Notes: generated from the sequence alone by a model not told the origin. A stretch of 64,000 nt of DNA from an uncultured bacterium (GCA_903869825.1 CAIQAL010000016.1:34269-98268); one strand, 5' to 3'. Shown: positions 48,350-57,248, counted from the stretch's first letter. Numbers and translations are program-made.

Positions 48350-49165
48350 CTATAGTTTCACCAATTCTGGTCTCACGTCTCTGCCGAACCACTGACTCGT
48401 GAGCTTTTCTACGTTTTTGGTTATGTCCGTGACTAAAATTCTTGCCATTTTATTTTTCGCTAATTTTTTAGTAATTTCTGGATGTCTTTCAAAATATTCT
48501 TTCAACTTTTTCGGCACGATTTCATCTTGAGAAATAATTTTTACTTTTTTCCCAACAATTTTTCTTATTTCACTCTTGAAAAAGGGATAATGAGTGCACC
48601 CAAGGGCGATTGCATCTGGTTTTTGAGCCAAAAGTGGTTTCAGATATTTCACTAAAAACGGTTTCGCGAGAAGCTTCTCACCTTCTTCGGCAAGTGGAAC
48701 AAGTATTGGAGCCGAATTTTGAGAAATTTTTATTTTACTATTTAATTTTTTTATTTCAACCGAAAAGGTATTTGATAAAATCGTTCCAGTGGTGCCGATT
48801 ATTCCAACTTTTTTATATTTCGCACATTCTTCGGCTGTTGGAATCAAAACTCCTAAAACATTTCTGTCTGGCTCGTCCCGTCCTTGGCGGGGGAAATTAT
48901 TTGGCAAATACTTCTGTTGAATCTCTCGCAAAGCACGGGCAGATGCAGTATTACAAGCAATAATCACAATCGCGCAATTTTCTTTTTTAAATAAATAATC
49001 CACCCCTTCCTTGGTAAATTCGTAAACAGTCTCGTGGGATCGGTTGCCATAAGGCACTCTTTTGGTATCCCCAAGATAGACATAATCATATTTCGGCATA
49101 GCCCTCCTAATTGTTTTTGCGATAAGAAGTCCACCTACTCCCGAATCAAAAATTCCAATCTTCAT
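48350..49165 (-). CDS. murI: Glutamate racemase
   Basis: 271 aa. Begins MKIGIFDSGVGGL. Both catalytic Cys regions are present (IACNTAS, LGCTHYP). Confidence 0.9.
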   Translation of the reverse strand: MKIGIFDSGVGGLLIAKTIRRAMPKYDYVYLGDTKRVPYGNRSHETVYEFTKEGVDYLFKKENCAIVIIACNTASARALREIQQKYLPNNFPRQGRDEPDRNVLGVLIPTAEECAKYKKVGIIGTTGTILSNTFSVEIKKLNSKIKISQNSAPILVPLAEEGEKLLAKPFLVKYLKPLLAQKPDAIALGCTHYPFFKSEIRKIVGKKVKIISQDEIVPKKLKEYFERHPEITKKLAKNKMARILVTDITKNVEKLTSQWFGRDVRPELVKL

Positions 49166-49275
49166 ATAAATTTATCTTAGCATGGTTTTCTTCTCCTTTT
49201 CCCGTTGCATTTTTTTTGAATATGTGCTATAATAGAGGCATTATTTACTAGTATAATTATGTTTAAATTATTTTC

Positions 49276-49572
49276 ATGATTAAACGAATTGAGTGCTCGG
49301 TTTCAGCCGAAAGAGTCGGATACAACTACCTACTTTGGATTTCCAAATTAGCCATAAATTTAGGCATAAAAGGAAATGCCTGTATCCGCAACGATGGAAG
49401 CATCGGAATTATCGCGGAAGCTGATGATGAAGTTTTGGCTAGTTTTATCGAAAAAGTTAAACGAGGTCACCCTATTTTTCATATGTTTGTAACCATTGAC
49501 AATTTTTTCGTAAAATGGCACGAGCCAAAAAACGACTACACTGATTTTTCAGTCACATTAAAAGAAGCTTAA
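49276..49572 (+). CDS. Acylphosphatase-like protein (divergent)
   Basis: 98 aa. The pattern V.....G..Y.......A...G..G...N..DGS..I.AE fits the acylphosphatase fold, but the canonical VxGxVQGVxFR motif is degenerate. Confidence 0.4.
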   Translation: MIKRIECSVSAERVGYNYLLWISKLAINLGIKGNACIRNDGSIGIIAEADDEVLASFIEKVKRGHPIFHMFVTIDNFFVKWHEPKNDYTDFSVTLKEA

Positions 49573-49576
49573 ATTC

Positions 49577-50209
49577 CTATTTCAAAATTTTGACACTAGT
49601 TTGATTGTTGTCACAAACTTTTCTCTTTTTAAACATTGCCCAAAAAATTGGGACCAAGGTTATCAAGAAAAGAAATCCAGTCACTGGCATTACGTATTTA
49701 TGTATCGTTGGAAATTGACTACCAAAAAAGTATCCAACAGACATTACGACACTAGGCCACAAAATCGCTCCTAAAATATTAAATCTCAAGAAAGGACTCC
49801 ATTTCATATTTCCCACACCTGCAAGTATTGGCACAAAAGTTCGAACTACTGGGACAAAGCGACCAAAGGCCACCGCCCAAGCGCCATATTTTTTATAAAA
49901 TTTTTTTGTCCGTTCCAAATTACTCGGGTCAAATAAAAACGAACCCTCTTTAAAGAAAATCTTCTCTCCGACTTTTTTGCCAAACAAATACCCGACAAGT
50001 CCACCCAAAAATGTCGCAATGACAAGCACTGGCCACGCTATCCCGATACTCAAAATCCGAGCAGAGGCTAAAAAACCAACAGTAAAAATCAAAGTATCTC
50101 CCGGTAAAAAAAACGCAAAGAAAAATCCCGACTCTAAAAAAATAACCGAAAAAATTCCGAGATACCCAAAACTATTTATCAAAAATTCAGGATTTAAAAT
50201 ATTATGCAT
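49577..50209 (-). CDS. DedA/TVP38-family membrane protein
   Basis: 210 aa with FLESGFFFAFFLPGDTLIF and RFVPVVRTFVPILAGV motifs. Confidence 0.75.
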   Translation of the reverse strand: MHNILNPEFLINSFGYLGIFSVIFLESGFFFAFFLPGDTLIFTVGFLASARILSIGIAWPVLVIATFLGGLVGYLFGKKVGEKIFFKEGSFLFDPSNLERTKKFYKKYGAWAVAFGRFVPVVRTFVPILAGVGNMKWSPFLRFNILGAILWPSVVMSVGYFFGSQFPTIHKYVMPVTGFLFLITLVPIFWAMFKKRKVCDNNQTSVKILK

Positions 50210-50259
50210 TCGTTATCTTTTCAACTATAGAAAAACCTTAAAATTAAGCTAAGCTTGAA

Positions 50260-50997
50260 TTATCTGAAAAAACTTTCGTAAAGACGGAATGACATGGGGA
50301 GAACAATCTGAAGAACTAAATAAGCCAACAAGAGCCAGACCCAAATACTTAATCTTTTTTCCTTTCCTTCTGGGATCTGAACCTGGAGAGGATTTTCTAT
50401 TTCAGGATGTTTGTTGCTGAACAATCTGTAAAAGATGGCAGTTAAAACACTTAATGTTCCATTAATTATTGCTATCGCCCCTAATACTCTGTAAAACATT
50501 TCTCCAAAATATTCTTTTAAATTGTCTAAGTAAATTATTGGCATTAACATTAAGGCAACTAAGATTATAAAAATATAATTTGCGTAAATAACCATGTCCA
50601 TATATTTTTCTTTTCCTGAAGCCTTAGACAAAATGTTTCCATGAAGAGAAGCAAATGCTATGACAAAATATGTTTGATATAAATGCCAGACCATGTCTCC
50701 AGGAATAACTTTCCAAATACCAAAGAGCGAAGTAAGAAAACTGACAACAATAAGAGCAAATACCACATTTATAAAAAAAGAAAGTCTTTCAAAAATATTT
50801 TCTCTTTGGTCATTCCAGACAAAGCCCAGACTAACCAAAGAATGAATTACGACCATAAAAAGGGTCGCGAAAACCCTAGCAGTAACCTCGTTAAACTCAC
50901 CAACTAAAACGGTTACAACTGCGACCAACGCTGACACTATTAAGCTCCCAATCAAACTGACAATAAAAAACTTTTTAAAACTTGCAAAGTTTGTCAT
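50260..50997 (-). CDS. Hypothetical polytopic membrane protein
   Basis: 245 aa with about 7 hydrophobic segments. Confidence 0.4.
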   Translation of the reverse strand: MTNFASFKKFFIVSLIGSLIVSALVAVVTVLVGEFNEVTARVFATLFMVVIHSLVSLGFVWNDQRENIFERLSFFINVVFALIVVSFLTSLFGIWKVIPGDMVWHLYQTYFVIAFASLHGNILSKASGKEKYMDMVIYANYIFIILVALMLMPIIYLDNLKEYFGEMFYRVLGAIAIINGTLSVLTAIFYRLFSNKHPEIENPLQVQIPEGKEKRLSIWVWLLLAYLVLQIVLPMSFRLYESFFR

Positions 50998-51070
50998 AAA
51001 ATGATTTTTACTTTATTAATAATAATTATTACAATACGGCTATCATAACATCTTCCTTCCCAAAATGTTT

Positions 51071-52618
51071 TTACTTTTTCACTCCGTGCTTCTTGTGCAA
51101 CTTCATTACTTCCTCTTCTTCCCTTTCTTCTTTTTTTTCTTTGCCTCTTTCTCCCAATGTCCTTAAGGTATTGTCCGGCAAAATGTTCAAGGACTTTGCT
51201 AGTTCGATTAGGTGCTCTTCTTTGTTTTTGCTCGGGTCATCAAGGACTTCTTCCAATAATGCATTTAAAATCCAGCCTATTCTAGGTCCGGGATTTATCC
51301 CAATGTCCTTTATTAAAATATTCCCATCAATCCTCAATTGGGCAACCGAAATCGGATCACGCAGAGCTTCCTCTATCATAGCAAAATATTTACGCAGACG
51401 ATACGGTGCCTCTTTTTTCTTCATTCCAACTCTGTCACATTCTCTCACCTTCATTAAATCCCAAATATTTTCTTTTCCAACTCTTGCAACAATTCTTCGA
51501 ACAGCGGATAAAGTTATCTGTTCCGTGTCGGAAAAAAACATGTGGGTGTGGATAAGTTTTTCCACCATTTCAATATTTTTTTTTGGAAATTTTAATCGCT
51601 CCAAAATTATTTTTGTCATCCGTGCACCGACAACTTCATGACCATAGAAAGTATATTTCTTTTTCCCCGGGGTAACAGAAAGACGTCGGGACCTTGGTTT
51701 CCCGATATCGTGCATTAGGGCTGCGAGCCTTATCTCTAAAGACCAATCCTTGTCAGCCGCATGTTGTAGGGCGTGCAACAAATGATTCCAAACATCAAAG
51801 AGATGAGCCCCTCCTTGCTCGCACCCTATCCCCTCTTCGAGTTCCGGAATAATATTTTTTAATAAATTAAATTTTTGCAGCAACAAAATTCCAGCACTTG
51901 AATTTTCGGACATAATTATTTTTACAAATTCATCACGTATTCTTTCTTCCGATATTTTTTTTATCAACAAAGAATTTTTTAAAATACTTTCTGTGGTTTC
52001 GTGAGAAATTGAAAAACCAAGTTGCACAGAAAATCGTACTGCTCGTAACATCCTTAGCGCGTCTTCCCGAAATCGGTCGTCGGGTTTCCCTACTGTCCTT
52101 AAAACTTTATTTTCAATGTCCTTTAGCCCATCAAACATGTCCGTTAGACTGTACATGTCCTTTATCTTTCTAACTGCCATGGCATTAACGGTAAAATCCC
52201 GTCTCTTAAGGTCATCCTCAAGCTTGTCACTGAATTTGACCTCATCTGGATGCCTAAAATCACTATATTTTTCCTCAGTTCGGTATGGAGTGACTTCAAT
52301 GATGTTATATTCGGGCTGCCCCTGCCTGTCGGCAGGTACGTCGCGAATAACATCACCCGCTGACGTTTCACGAATAACACACACTCCAACCGTTCCAAAG
52401 TTATTTTCATAGACAGTCTTTTCAAAAAGTTTGATGATTTGTTCCGGCCTAGCATTAGTTGTGACATCCCAATCCTTCGGTTCTCTATTAAGAATTAGAT
52501 CCCTGACACAGCCACCGACCAGGTAAGCTTCAAAACCGGCGCGCTCAAGAGTGTCGGTTACATGTGAAACTTCTTTAGGAATTTTGTGCAGAAAATTTTT
52601 GTTGTTAATCGAGTTCAC
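51071..52618 (-). CDS. cca: CCA-adding tRNA nucleotidyltransferase with HD domain
   Basis: 515 aa. PolyA_pol head (YLVGGCVRDLIL...DWDVTT) plus an HD domain (LMHDIGK). The stop is 9 nt from a tRNA gene. Confidence 0.8.
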   Translation of the reverse strand: MNSINNKNFLHKIPKEVSHVTDTLERAGFEAYLVGGCVRDLILNREPKDWDVTTNARPEQIIKLFEKTVYENNFGTVGVCVIRETSAGDVIRDVPADRQGQPEYNIIEVTPYRTEEKYSDFRHPDEVKFSDKLEDDLKRRDFTVNAMAVRKIKDMYSLTDMFDGLKDIENKVLRTVGKPDDRFREDALRMLRAVRFSVQLGFSISHETTESILKNSLLIKKISEERIRDEFVKIIMSENSSAGILLLQKFNLLKNIIPELEEGIGCEQGGAHLFDVWNHLLHALQHAADKDWSLEIRLAALMHDIGKPRSRRLSVTPGKKKYTFYGHEVVGARMTKIILERLKFPKKNIEMVEKLIHTHMFFSDTEQITLSAVRRIVARVGKENIWDLMKVRECDRVGMKKKEAPYRLRKYFAMIEEALRDPISVAQLRIDGNILIKDIGINPGPRIGWILNALLEEVLDDPSKNKEEHLIELAKSLNILPDNTLRTLGERGKEKKEEREEEEVMKLHKKHGVKK

Positions 52619-52626
52619 TTACGTTG

Positions 52627-52697
52627 TGCGGCTAGGGAGAATCGAACTCCCGTCTCATCCTTGGCAAGGACGTGTTCTACCACTAAACCATAACCGC
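52627..52697 (-). tRNA. tRNA-Gly (anticodon GCC)
   Basis: Manual fold of the reverse complement: GCGGTTA acceptor, D stem GTTT/GAAC, anticodon loop TTGCCAA, T arm GGGAG-TTCGATT-CTCCC. 71 nt. No encoded CCA. Confidence 0.8.
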
Positions 52698-52824
52698 AGG
52701 TTACTTTTTAATGCATTTATTATATTATTATTTATGACATATTGCAATTGATAAAAATATCCGTGAGACTAAAGGCTAAATCTGTAATATACAAGTTTTC
52801 TCAATTATAGTATAATAGTTTTAC

Positions 52825-52896
52825 GCACCCGTAGTGAAATGGATATCATGCCTGCCTTCGAAGCAGTTGTTGGGGGTTCGAATCCCTCCGGGTGCA
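52825..52896 (+). tRNA. tRNA-Arg (anticodon TCG)
   Basis: Manual fold: acceptor GCACCCG/CGGGTGC, anticodon loop CTTCGAA, T arm GGGGG-TTCGAAT-CCCTC. 72 nt. No CCA. Confidence 0.7.
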
Positions 52897-53104
52897 CAAA
52901 CGAAAAGACAAACTTTATAAAAATTCTTGTCCTTTAATTTTTCAAAACGTTATCAATTATACCTATTTTTGACTCAATCTGGGGATAACTATGTTAGTAA
53001 TGTTTATAAAGGACACCTATTATTTTTGTCTTTTAAATCATTTTTTGTTATTATACATTGTTAAATATAGATATTTTGTAAAAGACAGATAATTTATCAA
53101 TTTA

Positions 53105-53118
53105 GTTTCACGTGAAAC
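53105..53118. promoter_or_regulatory. Perfect 14-bp palindrome GTTTCACGTGAAAC (one of three related sites)
   Basis: Related sites are AAACGTGAAACGT at 53136-53148 and GTGTTTCACGAGAAACAC at 53294-53311. Confidence 0.35.
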
Positions 53119-53316
53119 GTGAGTGATGATGGTTAAACGTGAAACGTAACTATTTATGCCTTGAGTTTTACTTCTAGGACTCAACAAATAGGAGAAATAG
53201 GTAAAAACATATTAGAACAAAATCACACAAAAAACGGGAAGAGCTAAATATTAACCGAAAAAACTAGTAGAATTTATTTTGTTTAAGTAAAGAGTGTTTC
53301 ACGAGAAACACTGAAT

Positions 53317-53526
53317 TTGGTTTCTTGTGTAACAAACAACGAATACCATCCCGAGGAAAATATTCACCCTTCAAAGATGAAAAGGATGTCACGGACAATT
53401 CAAACCTATCTTTTGTCCAAGAAAATTACTGACGAGAACGAATGGAAAGTAGATCTCCTTGTCATATATTTAGGTTTAAAGAATAAAAAAGCGCGAATAA
53501 AAGTTGTGGAAGATCTAATTTTATAA
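53317..53526 (+). CDS. Hypothetical small protein (69 aa)
   Basis: ORF only. It starts immediately after the third palindromic site. Confidence 0.2.
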   Translation: MVSCVTNNEYHPEENIHPSKMKRMSRTIQTYLLSKKITDENEWKVDLLVIYLGLKNKKARIKVVEDLIL

Positions 53527-53581
53527 TATACTAAAAATGCTTAAGTTAAACGGGCTTGCCCGCCGAAGCTTTTAAGCATCA

Positions 53582-53652
53582 CGGGCTGTAGTATACCGGT
53601 AGTACAAGCGCTTTGGGAGCGTTTAGACTGGGTTCGATTCCCAGCAGCCCGA
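53582..53652 (+). tRNA. tRNA-Pro (anticodon TGG)
   Basis: Manual fold: acceptor CGGGCTG/CAGCCCG, D stem GTAT/GTAC, anticodon loop TTTGGGA, T arm CTGGG-TTCGATT-CCCAG. 71 nt. No CCA. Confidence 0.75.
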
Positions 53653-53656
53653 CATT

Positions 53657-53727
53657 GCGGGATTAGTTTAATGGTAAAACGTCAGTTTTCCAAACTGAGG
53701 TTGGGAGTTCGATTCTCCCATCCCGCA
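53657..53727 (+). tRNA. tRNA-Gly (anticodon TCC)
   Basis: Manual fold: acceptor GCGGGAT/ATCCCGC, anticodon stem TCAGT/ACTGA with loop TTTCCAA, T arm GGGAG-TTCGATT-CTCCC. 71 nt. No CCA. Only 4 nt after tRNA-Pro. Confidence 0.8.
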
Positions 53728-53773
53728 CATAAAGTTTTGTATATATCTCCTTTTTTCCTGTATAATAGTCCTT

Positions 53774-54517
53774 ATGATATACATCATATTAATAAGTTTT
53801 GGGGCGTTAGTGGCAACTTTTTTAGGTGGCATTTTTGCTTTACAATTTAAAGACAAACTTCACCTAATTTTAGGTTTTTCAGCTGGAGCAGTTATCGGCG
53901 TAGCATTTTTTGATTTACTTCCGGAAGCACTAAGCTTAGCAAGTAAAACTTATAGTATTCCATTTATTACTTCCATTACCGCTCTCGGATTTATTGTTTA
54001 TGTTGTGCTCGACCGATTTGTATTTTTTCATTCTCACGGCCACCACGAAGGAGAAGATAATGCTCGAGAGCAAAAAAATATTGAGCGAGGAATCCTTGGG
54101 GCGGGGAGCCTTTCTATTCATAGTTTCCTTGATGGAATGGCAATCGGGCTTGCATTTCAAGTCTCTGTGGCGGTTGGCGTTATCGTGGCAGTAGCTGTAC
54201 TTGTCCATGATTTTTCTGATGGAATAAACACAGTCAATATGATTTTAAAAAACAATGGCTCTCGGGTGCTTGCTTTTAAATGGCTCCTGGCTGATGCAAT
54301 TGCACCGGTATTTGGAATAATTTCCACTTTATTTTTCTCAGTAAAAGAGTCAACTTTGGGAATTATTTTGGCTATTTTTTCTGGGTTTTTTCTATATATC
54401 GGTGCCTCTGATTTGTTGCCAGAAAGTCATCATAATCACCCAACTATTTGGACCACCGCTTTAACCGTTCTTGGTTTTGGAATTTTATTCGGAGCTATTA
54501 AACTTGCTGGGATATAA
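53774..54517 (+). CDS. zupT: ZIP-family zinc transporter
   Basis: 247 aa with 8 transmembrane segments. Has a His-rich loop (HSHGHHEGEDNA) and the motifs HSFLDGMAIG and HDFSDG. Confidence 0.8.
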   Translation: MIYIILISFGALVATFLGGIFALQFKDKLHLILGFSAGAVIGVAFFDLLPEALSLASKTYSIPFITSITALGFIVYVVLDRFVFFHSHGHHEGEDNAREQKNIERGILGAGSLSIHSFLDGMAIGLAFQVSVAVGVIVAVAVLVHDFSDGINTVNMILKNNGSRVLAFKWLLADAIAPVFGIISTLFFSVKESTLGIILAIFSGFFLYIGASDLLPESHHNHPTIWTTALTVLGFGILFGAIKLAGI

Positions 54518-54539
54518 ATCTAAACAAATATTTGAAATT

Positions 54540-54567
54540 AAAAAAACCCCTAATTCGGGGGTTTTTA
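54540..54567. terminator. Bidirectional terminator
   Basis: A7, then CCCC-TAATTC-GGGGG, then T5, between convergent genes. Confidence 0.6.
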
Positions 54568-54581
54568 ATATTTAAAAGTAT

Positions 54582-55646
54582 TTATTTCCAGTTAGCACTA
54601 ATTATTGAGCCAATTTGAAGGAACGCCCCTGGATTTTGGGCTCCGGTTACTTTGAAATGTAAATGTGGTCCAGTGGAGTGTCCAGTTGATCCTTCATATC
54701 CTATTACATCTCCCTGAGAAACCCTCGCTCCAACGGTAGTGGCAATTTTTGACTGATGGCCGTATAAAGTTTGAGTGCCGTTTGAATGAGAAATTACAAC
54801 CATGTTTCCGTAACCACCATTAGAACCATTGCGGGCAAAGATTACTGTACCATCGGCGGCAGCCAAGATTGGTGTCCCTTGGGAAGCAGCGAGATCAATC
54901 CCTCCTCGATCATGTAATCCTTGAGTCAACCGGGCTCCCGGCATCGGATTCATAAAATAACCAGAAATACTTGCAATCTTGTGAGTGTCATAATAGTTAC
55001 TTTTCTTGGTATTCGAACTTTTAACAGGTTTATCTCCTCCTTCGTCAGTCATAGTGCCATCAGGAATAATGAGCTCGTCGCCAATTACCAACTTGGCATC
55101 AGAAGTAAGACTATTAAAGTCCGCAATATCACTAGGGTCTACTTTATATTTTAGTCCTAAGCTTTTTAAAGTTTGCCCCTTGGTTACTGTTACTTTAACT
55201 CCAGAAACCGGCAAAATGATCAAAACCGTGTCTTTCACGAGTTTGTCTCCCTTTTTTAAATCATTCGCCCAAAGAATCGTATTGGCAGAAACATCATACA
55301 TATCAGCAATTTTTGCTACCGTATCACCATCTCTTACAACATAGATACTAATATCTTCGGAGGATGCGTCGATATTGTCTGTCCCATCTGAAACTCCAGC
55401 CGGCCCCGTAACAGCCGCAAGAACATTCCCAGACAGGGTGTTAGAGTCTAGACTGTCAATGACACTGATATCTTTAGTTTTTCTTTTTTTGTCTGCGATA
55501 ATAGATGCAAAAGAAACATTTGGCTGCTGAAGCTCCATGCTTTGTGAATTAAAAGCTTCATCAGGTTGTTTTCCTGTATTGGTATTGGCCGAAGCGTTGT
55601 TGCCAAACAAATCTCCAAAAAAGTCTGCTTTTGAGTCCCGGGGCAC
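54582..55646 (-). CDS. LysM-domain M23 family peptidase
   Basis: LysM motif (YVVRDGDTVAKIADMYDVSANTILWANDL). M23 motifs (HDRGGIDLAA, GSTGHSTGPHLHFKV). The annotated start is GTG. The reading frame stays open another 105 nt upstream and encodes a hydrophobic signal-like segment, so the true start is probably a non-ATG codon upstream. Confidence 0.75.
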   Translation of the reverse strand: MPRDSKADFFGDLFGNNASANTNTGKQPDEAFNSQSMELQQPNVSFASIIADKKRKTKDISVIDSLDSNTLSGNVLAAVTGPAGVSDGTDNIDASSEDISIYVVRDGDTVAKIADMYDVSANTILWANDLKKGDKLVKDTVLIILPVSGVKVTVTKGQTLKSLGLKYKVDPSDIADFNSLTSDAKLVIGDELIIPDGTMTDEGGDKPVKSSNTKKSNYYDTHKIASISGYFMNPMPGARLTQGLHDRGGIDLAASQGTPILAAADGTVIFARNGSNGGYGNMVVISHSNGTQTLYGHQSKIATTVGARVSQGDVIGYEGSTGHSTGPHLHFKVTGAQNPGAFLQIGSIISANWK

Positions 55647-55903
55647 AAAAACTCCTCCGAGAACTAGGGAAGTGACCAGTAAAAAGTTAAATATTTTAAA
55701 TTGAGGTTTAATAAATAAAACAAAATATCGCGGGAATTCCTTTTTTGCCTATATGATATAAGGCAAAATACAGGACGACCAAAAAGTACTGCACAAATAG
55801 GTTCCTACGATGGTTAATATCCTTCAGTTCTTCGGTCAACTAAATCTTGCTCCTGTTGCTGATACTTATATGGTAGCAAACTAGTGGGGGGAGTCAACCG
55901 AAC

Positions 55904-55912
55904 TGTGGATAA
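55904..55912 (-). promoter_or_regulatory. DnaA box (TGTGGATAA)
   Basis: Exact 9-mer in the divergent intergenic region. Confidence 0.35.
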
Positions 55913-55985
55913 TCTCCAAAAAACCTAGTAATTTGGACTATTTTTGATGTTTATGAAAGAAATTATTAAATTGTCAATACGAGGC

Positions 55986-56014
55986 TTGACTTTTTATCTT
56001 GAATATGCTAATAT
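55986..56014 (+). promoter_or_regulatory. Sigma70 promoter with extended -10
   Basis: TTGACT, a 17-nt spacer, then TGcTAATAT. Confidence 0.55.
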
Positions 56015-56072
56015 GTAAGAGAATTTTATGCACTTTGAAATCTGGATTTGGTAGTAAATGGATAAATTTTTG

Positions 56073-56116
56073 ATCGGTTATTTTAGTTTCCTTTTCAGGG
56101 GATTGGAATAACCGAT
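56073..56116 (+). promoter_or_regulatory. 10-bp perfect stem-loop in the 5-prime leader of the LysM membrane protein gene
   Basis: ATCGGTTATT ... AATAACCGAT enclosing a 24-nt loop. Lies about 50 nt upstream of the start codon. Confidence 0.4.
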
Positions 56117-56164
56117 TAAATAATTTTCTTAATTCAAATTTTTACTAACCCTAAATCCTTAAAA

Positions 56165-57223
56165 ATGAAAAAAACAATTCTTGCAGTACTGTTGGCTGTT
56201 GTAATGACGGCCTTTGGTCAAATCAAGGAACCTGTTGTTCCTCAAATCCATGTTGCAAAACATGGGGAAAGTGCCTGGAAAATTTCCCGTCTTTATTATG
56301 GGAAAGGAACCTTCTGGCGTGATAGCGTTTTCGCTCAGAATGAATTCCTCCAACAAAGAGGGATCCAATCTGGAACTCACCCAGGATGGGATTATGTAAA
56401 CATCAAGACCGGTGAGTTAGTGCAGGTGGGGGTGGGGGCAATAAAAAAACGGGTAGCTCCTATTCAAAACAACCAAGGAGGCATGGGGGAACCTGCAAAC
56501 AGTGATCTATGGTGGGGTCTTGACCCCTGGACATGGTTATTCATGATTATGGCTTTAATATTTTTCATTCTTTTTATTATCTCTTCGCTAAAAAGAGAAA
56601 GATTGAAAGATAATGAAAAAGAAAAAGACATCCTCTTTTCAAGGGAAAAGGCATCCCTCAAAAAGGAGCTGGAAGAAACAAAAAACAAGCTCCCCATTGA
56701 AGCCCCCGTGTTGGCAGATGCAGAATGGTTAGGAAGTCACTCTCCGGTAGGTGCCCCAATCCCACAAGATGACCCCGTCGCAGCATCTGATGCAATTGCA
56801 AAAGTATATGGAAAAAAACCAGACCTGATAGCTCAGGCTAAGGTTTCAACCGTAGAAAATGCAACCAAGATGAAATTTTCTCATGAACGTACCGCAACTA
56901 CCGGGTTAGACAATGTTAATGTTTACCTTGGTTGGGATTGGAGTACTAAAAAAAGAAGATGGGTTCAGGTTGGTATGTGGGCTGGTGCATGCACAAACGG
57001 ATTTGAAAGCAACCCGGACAAAGTCAAGAAGAATCAGGTTTTTTCAAAAATCGAACCAATTGACAAAAACCATCACCCAATTATCTCAACAGGGAAAAAT
57101 GTTCCCGCAGGGGTACAATACCCAATGATTGTAAAGTCCTTGGTGTTTAAGTACCACAAGGACAACATCGTCGACCTAAAAAAAATCGGCGTGCTGGTAG
57201 AAATACCTCAAAATCTCAATTAA
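56165..57223 (+). CDS. LysM-like domain membrane protein
   Basis: 352 aa. Signal peptide, LysM-like segment (IHVAKHGESAWKISRLYYGKGTFWRDSVFAQNEF), a transmembrane helix, coiled coil, and a C-terminal globular domain. Confidence 0.5.
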   Translation: MKKTILAVLLAVVMTAFGQIKEPVVPQIHVAKHGESAWKISRLYYGKGTFWRDSVFAQNEFLQQRGIQSGTHPGWDYVNIKTGELVQVGVGAIKKRVAPIQNNQGGMGEPANSDLWWGLDPWTWLFMIMALIFFILFIISSLKRERLKDNEKEKDILFSREKASLKKELEETKNKLPIEAPVLADAEWLGSHSPVGAPIPQDDPVAASDAIAKVYGKKPDLIAQAKVSTVENATKMKFSHERTATTGLDNVNVYLGWDWSTKKRRWVQVGMWAGACTNGFESNPDKVKKNQVFSKIEPIDKNHHPIISTGKNVPAGVQYPMIVKSLVFKYHKDNIVDLKKIGVLVEIPQNLN

Positions 57224-57248
57224 TGTGGCAAGTCGTCACTGAATGTTT

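Noticed and set aside
52551-52751. 66-aa plus-strand ORF translating RLGRIELPSHPWQGRVLPLNH
   Set aside because: It is the antisense and sense translation of the tRNA-Gly(GCC) gene region. Not a protein gene.
11747-55912. DnaA boxes as a candidate replication origin
   Set aside because: The four boxes are tens of kb apart, not clustered. No dnaA/dnaN gene or AT-rich DUE with clustered boxes is present.
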